From Promethearchaeota archaeon (GTDB lineage: Archaea; Asgardarchaeota; Lokiarchaeia; Sigyniarchaeales; SOKP01), in the NCBI GenBank assembly GCA_019057795.1, contig JAHLWS010000087.1, positions 1-64,000 on the forward strand: 64,000 nt of DNA, written 5' to 3'. This document shows positions 59,766 to 64,000 of the stretch, piece by piece. Position numbers and translations under genes: made by a program. The notes under the pieces were generated by a model. That model was given only the letters and a program-made list of their open reading frames with translations, was not told where the DNA came from and did not search any database. Numbering within the stretch: position 1 is the stretch's first letter; every line of letters starts with the position of its first letter.

Positions 59766-60962
59766 TTAATTAATAGAAATAGGATAAGTTCCATATTTCT
59801 TTAATGTATTGTGCATCGCTAAATAGTTTTCTAATTTAACAGAAGGATTAATACTATGTCCAGAACTTAGGATAAAGCCTCCTCCTGGAGCAAGCTTTTT
59901 GATAAGATTTTTAGTGTAATTCTCTATATAAGTTTGCTCTTTATCGGCGAGATCTTGAGGAGAAACATTTCCGATAAATGTAACTTTACCAGAATATTTT
60001 TCATTGAGTTTAAAAATGTCATAATCAGGATTTGCAGTTGTCGGTTCGAAAGGATGAAATGCATCAATTCCAACTCCAATTAGATCTTCAAATAATTCTA
60101 TAATGTCTCCACAGCTGTGTAAGATCACTTTTAAACCTCCTTTATGTGCAACTTTACAACTTTCTTCTAACCAAGGAAGTACGTAAGTTCTATAGTTTTT
60201 AGGGCTCATCAACAAACCCGATTTATATCCATAATCATCCATTATCATTATCATATCGGTTTCTCCCCATTCGATAAAAATTTTGACTAAATCTACAAGA
60301 AGTTTACCAAATCTATCAAAAACAACTTTGATCTTTTTTGGATTGGTTAATAGTTTACTAAATTTTGAAAACCCAAAAACTTGCCAAGCAGGCTCAAATA
60401 ACCCCCATGCAGCAGGGATAATGGAGATTTTTCCTTGAGACTCTTTTTCTGTTTTTTTCATTGCTTTAAAATATTTTTCTCTTCGGGGAGTGTTAACCTC
60501 TAAAGGTGCAAAAGATTCAAATTCTTCAAAACTTTTAAATGCTCCACCTCTATAATATGCCATGTCCATACCATCTGAAGGGTTTTTTCTTACATCGAAA
60601 ACTCTTCCGAATTCGTCTGTAAAATGCGTTTTATCACAGCTTATAGGGAAAAGGACATAGCCTATTAATGGAACAATTGCTAAGTCGATTCCAAGCTTTT
60701 TATATAAATTTACATGCTTATTCATAGTAGTTTTAATATATGATCTTGTTTCCGTAGCCATAATAAGAGTTTTAGTTAAAGAGTCTGTATCTCCTTGAAA
60801 AAGATCGTAAGTATCATTATAACTTTTTACCATTCCTTGAAATACATAGTCCTCGTTAAAGTGTTCACATACTTTGAAATTATCTATTGACATCTCAAAA
60901 GAGGGTACTTTATCAGGTTCTTCAAAATTTAAAACCGAACGTATTCTTTCTCTACTATTCAT
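59766..60962 (-). CDS. Uroporphyrinogen decarboxylase/MtaA-like family protein, tandem paralog
   Basis: RERI..EEPDKVP, DDYGYK, LHSCG, IGNV, GGGFILSSGHS. Confidence 0.88.
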   Translation of the reverse strand: MNSRERIRSVLNFEEPDKVPSFEMSIDNFKVCEHFNEDYVFQGMVKSYNDTYDLFQGDTDSLTKTLIMATETRSYIKTTMNKHVNLYKKLGIDLAIVPLIGYVLFPISCDKTHFTDEFGRVFDVRKNPSDGMDMAYYRGGAFKSFEEFESFAPLEVNTPRREKYFKAMKKTEKESQGKISIIPAAWGLFEPAWQVFGFSKFSKLLTNPKKIKVVFDRFGKLLVDLVKIFIEWGETDMIMIMDDYGYKSGLLMSPKNYRTYVLPWLEESCKVAHKGGLKVILHSCGDIIELFEDLIGVGIDAFHPFEPTTANPDYDIFKLNEKYSGKVTFIGNVSPQDLADKEQTYIENYTKNLIKKLAPGGGFILSSGHSINPSVKLENYLAMHNTLKKYGTYPISIN

Positions 60963-60995
60963 AATAATTCTCCTTTAAATTTAACCGCTTAAATT

Positions 60996-62204
60996 TCACT
61001 TAGTTAATATCTTCAATAATTTGATAAAAATATTAGGGTTTTTTAACGAAAATTTGATTAAAAAAGTAAAAACTAAGGGATTTTTTAATAACTTGAAAAT
61101 TAAATCTTTTGGGAAATCCATATCGCCATAGAGCGTTATAATATGCTCAATTTTATTTTCTTTTACTATTTTAAAGAAAACTTCGAAATCTTTATTTGTT
61201 AGTCTTTCTAAAATAAGCCTTATAAGGTAATGAAGCTTCAATTGCTTACCGATTGTTCTCAAACAAGGCGTTTCATAATGCTTTTTAATAAATCTTTTTG
61301 AAAAATTATTCTGTTTGAAACTAAGTTTAACGCAATTTGAAGCGTGCTTCGCAGCAGTCAATAACATGACAATGCCCCCTCCTGTTGTAGCTTTAACTTG
61401 CCCTGCTGCGTCACCTAACAATAAAACATTCTTAAAAGCACTTTTATTCATAATTCCGTAAGGGATAATCCCTCCTTGCTGATCTATCTTATTGTTGATA
61501 TCTATGCCTAGCTTCTTTAAATAAATATGGAAACAATCTTTTACGTTTTTAGAAGATGCTATGCCGATTCGGTAAATATTATTACCCTCAGGTACAATCC
61601 ACCCAAATAATTGTTTCCATAGAGGGTGAAAGTACATAACTGCTTCGTTTTCATGAAAATTGCCTTTAATTCTAATTTGAGCGGCATATAGAACCTTATT
61701 CTTCACTTTCAAGCGTTTTCCTACCGAAGTTAACGGCCCGTCACACCCGATTAGCATCTTAACTCTTATCAATCTTTTAGATGTATCAATTAGCACATAT
61801 CTCTGGTCATTCTCTATGCTGTATTTAAACGATCTAAACCTTTCGCCAAGATAGTAAGTGATATTCCTAGCGTTTTTATTTTTACCGTAAAATAAACGAT
61901 CTAGAGCAATTCTATCGATTACATAGGGGTGTTCGTTACCAGAAAGTTTGATGAAATTTCCCGATGGGTTAACGATTTTTGCCGTCTTAACTCGATTTAA
62001 TACGATCTCTTCAGGCAGTTCTATTAATTGACTTAACTTTTGGGAAATAATTCCAGCACATTGAAACGGTAAGCCAATATCTTTGTGCTCCTCGATAACA
62101 ACAATTTTTATATTCGATTTAGACAATAAATAAGTTAAATAATTTCCGCATATACTCGCACCAACAACGCATACATCAAAATTTTCGAAATTTCTTTTTT
62201 CCAT
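60996..62204 (-). CDS. Geranylgeranyl reductase family flavoprotein
   Basis: DVCVVGA, PFQCAG, GCDG, FGWIVP, GDAAGQVKATTGGGI. Confidence 0.9.
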   Translation of the reverse strand: MEKRNFENFDVCVVGASICGNYLTYLLSKSNIKIVVIEEHKDIGLPFQCAGIISQKLSQLIELPEEIVLNRVKTAKIVNPSGNFIKLSGNEHPYVIDRIALDRLFYGKNKNARNITYYLGERFRSFKYSIENDQRYVLIDTSKRLIRVKMLIGCDGPLTSVGKRLKVKNKVLYAAQIRIKGNFHENEAVMYFHPLWKQLFGWIVPEGNNIYRIGIASSKNVKDCFHIYLKKLGIDINNKIDQQGGIIPYGIMNKSAFKNVLLLGDAAGQVKATTGGGIVMLLTAAKHASNCVKLSFKQNNFSKRFIKKHYETPCLRTIGKQLKLHYLIRLILERLTNKDFEVFFKIVKENKIEHIITLYGDMDFPKDLIFKLLKNPLVFTFLIKFSLKNPNIFIKLLKILTK

Positions 62205-62255
62205 TATAAGATGTTATGTTTACTACAAATTAGAATTTTTTGAAAAGTAATAAAA

Positions 62256-63251
62256 TCATTTATTACGATATCCTAGATCCATCATCATGCCGTATACTAT
62301 GCCTAACGCAATACCGTTAAGAACGGGATTATCCTCAATTGATAAATCGGTTCTTGGGATTAACATAGGCATGATTTGCTCCAGTACATATCTCGTTTCT
62401 GGTTTTTTACTGTATAAATTAATTATCGCTTCTCTAAATTCTTTCATAAAAGCTTCGTGCTCTAATAGCATTTTCCGAATGTTTTCTTTTCCATTAATAA
62501 CTCCAAAATGACCAAAACCAGCTTTGGAGGGAAATAATTTCTTAAGATTTCTTAAAGTTGCCATATATTCTTCGTGATTATAATAAGTAGGCATAGATGT
62601 TGGCATAGTTATTAATTCTGAAGTGTGGTAAATTGCACCAACGCTTTCTCCAAGTTGTATAAAGTCAATTAAATTATCCTTAATAAATATAGGACATTGG
62701 TGGTCTGGAGTGTGTCCTGGAGTTTTTAAAATACCCAATTTAACTTCTGAACCATTAATCGTAAAAGAATCGATAAAATCAAGTTTGTCTGCTTCTGAAT
62801 TGAATTTTGTGCTAGGTTCTACTATTTGAAATGCACTTTCCTCAATAGGTTTCATCGAACCTATTAAATTTCCATAAGTTCGCTTTCCGCGAGCCAAATG
62901 CTCTTCGTAATTGTTAAGTAATTCTTTAGTTTTTTGGTTTGTAAGGATTTTAACTTCGGGGTTGTAATCCTTTAATATCTCGTAAAGCTGCCATAGCCCA
63001 CCGTTATGATCAAAATGGTGATGAGTTGTAGTGAGGTATTTAAACGAAGATAAGTCTATTTTCAGCTTTTTTAAAAATTTAATTAATTTCTTCGTATCTA
63101 ATGACGACCCGCAATCGATTAAAACAGAACAATTGTCAAATTGCCCGACGAAAATAGAAAGCATTCGAGGCGTTCCGTAAGCTTTTACATCTATATGATA
63201 TAAATACTCGTTAATCTTCCCAGTTTCAATGGTGATTAAGTCTTGTACCAT
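62256..63251 (-). CDS. Metallo-beta-lactamase fold hydrolase (likely start ATG 63251; the track ORF starts at 63329)
   Basis: LIDCG, THHHFDHNGG, TPGHTPDH, FGHFG. Confidence 0.88.
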   Translation of the reverse strand: MVQDLITIETGKINEYLYHIDVKAYGTPRMLSIFVGQFDNCSVLIDCGSSLDTKKLIKFLKKLKIDLSSFKYLTTTHHHFDHNGGLWQLYEILKDYNPEVKILTNQKTKELLNNYEEHLARGKRTYGNLIGSMKPIEESAFQIVEPSTKFNSEADKLDFIDSFTINGSEVKLGILKTPGHTPDHQCPIFIKDNLIDFIQLGESVGAIYHTSELITMPTSMPTYYNHEEYMATLRNLKKLFPSKAGFGHFGVINGKENIRKMLLEHEAFMKEFREAIINLYSKKPETRYVLEQIMPMLIPRTDLSIEDNPVLNGIALGIVYGMMMDLGYRNK

Positions 63252-63630
63252 AAAAATAATAAGAAAAAATCGAATAAGAAGTATTTTATTTCTCGTTTGT
63301 AATTTAAATTTGGAAGAACGAGGAATCAAACCAAATGAGAATCTAAAAAGAATAGCGAAAATATATTATTCTGTACAAAGTATCTGTCTGAAATAGGAGT
63401 AGATAGCAGTTGCGTTGAGGTTACTTCTTAACGACGACATATCAATTCTTCCATCAGAAGGAATAAACCTCACATTGAATAATCCTATCTTATCAGACAT
63501 GTAAGTATTAGCATATGAGTGTTTTGTTGATGTGCCTATTTCTGTTGCTAAAACATATGTTAAGTCGAACAAGTTCAGATAAGTCCTAAAAAAAAGACTA
63601 CAATTCTAGTGCTTGTTCTATATAAGATGG

Positions 63631-63999
63631 TTATATAGTATTAAAAGCATTTTTTAAACTTTTTTCTGCATCATATATGATAGTATCAATTATCTCCTTT
63701 ACAGTTTTCACGCGATCAATCAATCCGATACTTTGTCCTAAATAAACAATACCCTCCTGAACATTTCCTTCATAGGTCATTTCTAGTTCAGCTAGTTCTT
63801 TTTCAACTTTGGAAGTTGAAGTTTCTCCAGCTTGTTTTTCCTCTTTACTTTCAATTAAACCATGCGTTTCAGCACCTATGTTCTTCCATACTCTTGCAGG
63901 ACCAAAAATCCCAGTTTTTAGTTCCGTATCAGATGCACTAGAATTAACAACAATTTGTTTGTAATTATCATGGAATTCACATTCTTTTGATGCGATAAA
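63631..63999 (-). CDS. 3' part of a nitronate monooxygenase/FabK-like flavoprotein (5' end outside the window; not in the ORF track)
   Basis: FIASKECEFHDNYK...GPARVWKN...LGQSIGLIDRVKTVKEII...*. Confidence 0.8.
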   Translation of the reverse strand, partial: FIASKECEFHDNYKQIVVNSSASDTELKTGIFGPARVWKNIGAETHGLIESKEEKQAGETSTSKVEKELAELEMTYEGNVQEGIVYLGQSIGLIDRVKTVKEIIDTIIYDAEKSLKNAFNTI

Positions 64000-64000
64000 T

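Noticed and set aside
63366-63572. 68-aa track ORF
   Set aside because: It has no recognisable domain and may be a remnant or spurious.
1-64000. Antisense or nested short track ORFs (e.g. 11064..11588, 32092..32571, 36536..37162); CRISPR arrays, tRNA or rRNA genes
   Set aside because: The short ORFs are shadows of well-supported genes. No regularly spaced repeats, cloverleaf or rRNA-like sequence was seen.

Overview
An AT-rich archaeal window that looks like Asgard (Lokiarchaeia) DNA. The taxonomic clues are a Loki-CTERM-type surface-protein tail, a Rab-like GTPase, a longin-like protein and a eukaryote-type SECIS. No rRNA, tRNA or CRISPR array was seen. Most of the window is heterotrophic housekeeping: acyl-CoA ligase, enoyl-CoA hydratase, peptidases, MFS transporters, an FGGY kinase, class I GAPDH, UroD-like proteins and GGR. 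There is also one IS6-like insertion sequence and several toxin-antitoxin genes. The centre (~20.5-38.3 kb) is a dense redox island that the ORF track partly misses. hdrA is one 653-codon gene (33788-35749) with three in-frame UGA codons at conserved Cys positions. It is followed by an uncalled mvhD/vhuD (35763-36197) with two more UGAs and then a single eukaryote-like SECIS hairpin (36200-36258), so five selenocysteines in two cistrons appear to depend on one element. Around it lie a tungsten AOR with its Fe-S partner, an FdhB/FrhB-like subunit with no FdhA, a polyferredoxin, an HdrD-like protein with a whole NfnB/GltD module inserted into its CCG domain, NfnA paired with an FrhB-NfnB fusion, and an MtdA/B-type methylene-H4MPT dehydrogenase whose extra N-terminal domain is duplicated as the upstream gene. 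Together these suggest an aldehyde-fed, selenium-dependent electron-bifurcating network linking NAD(P)H, F420, ferredoxin and a heterodisulfide; this last point is inference.
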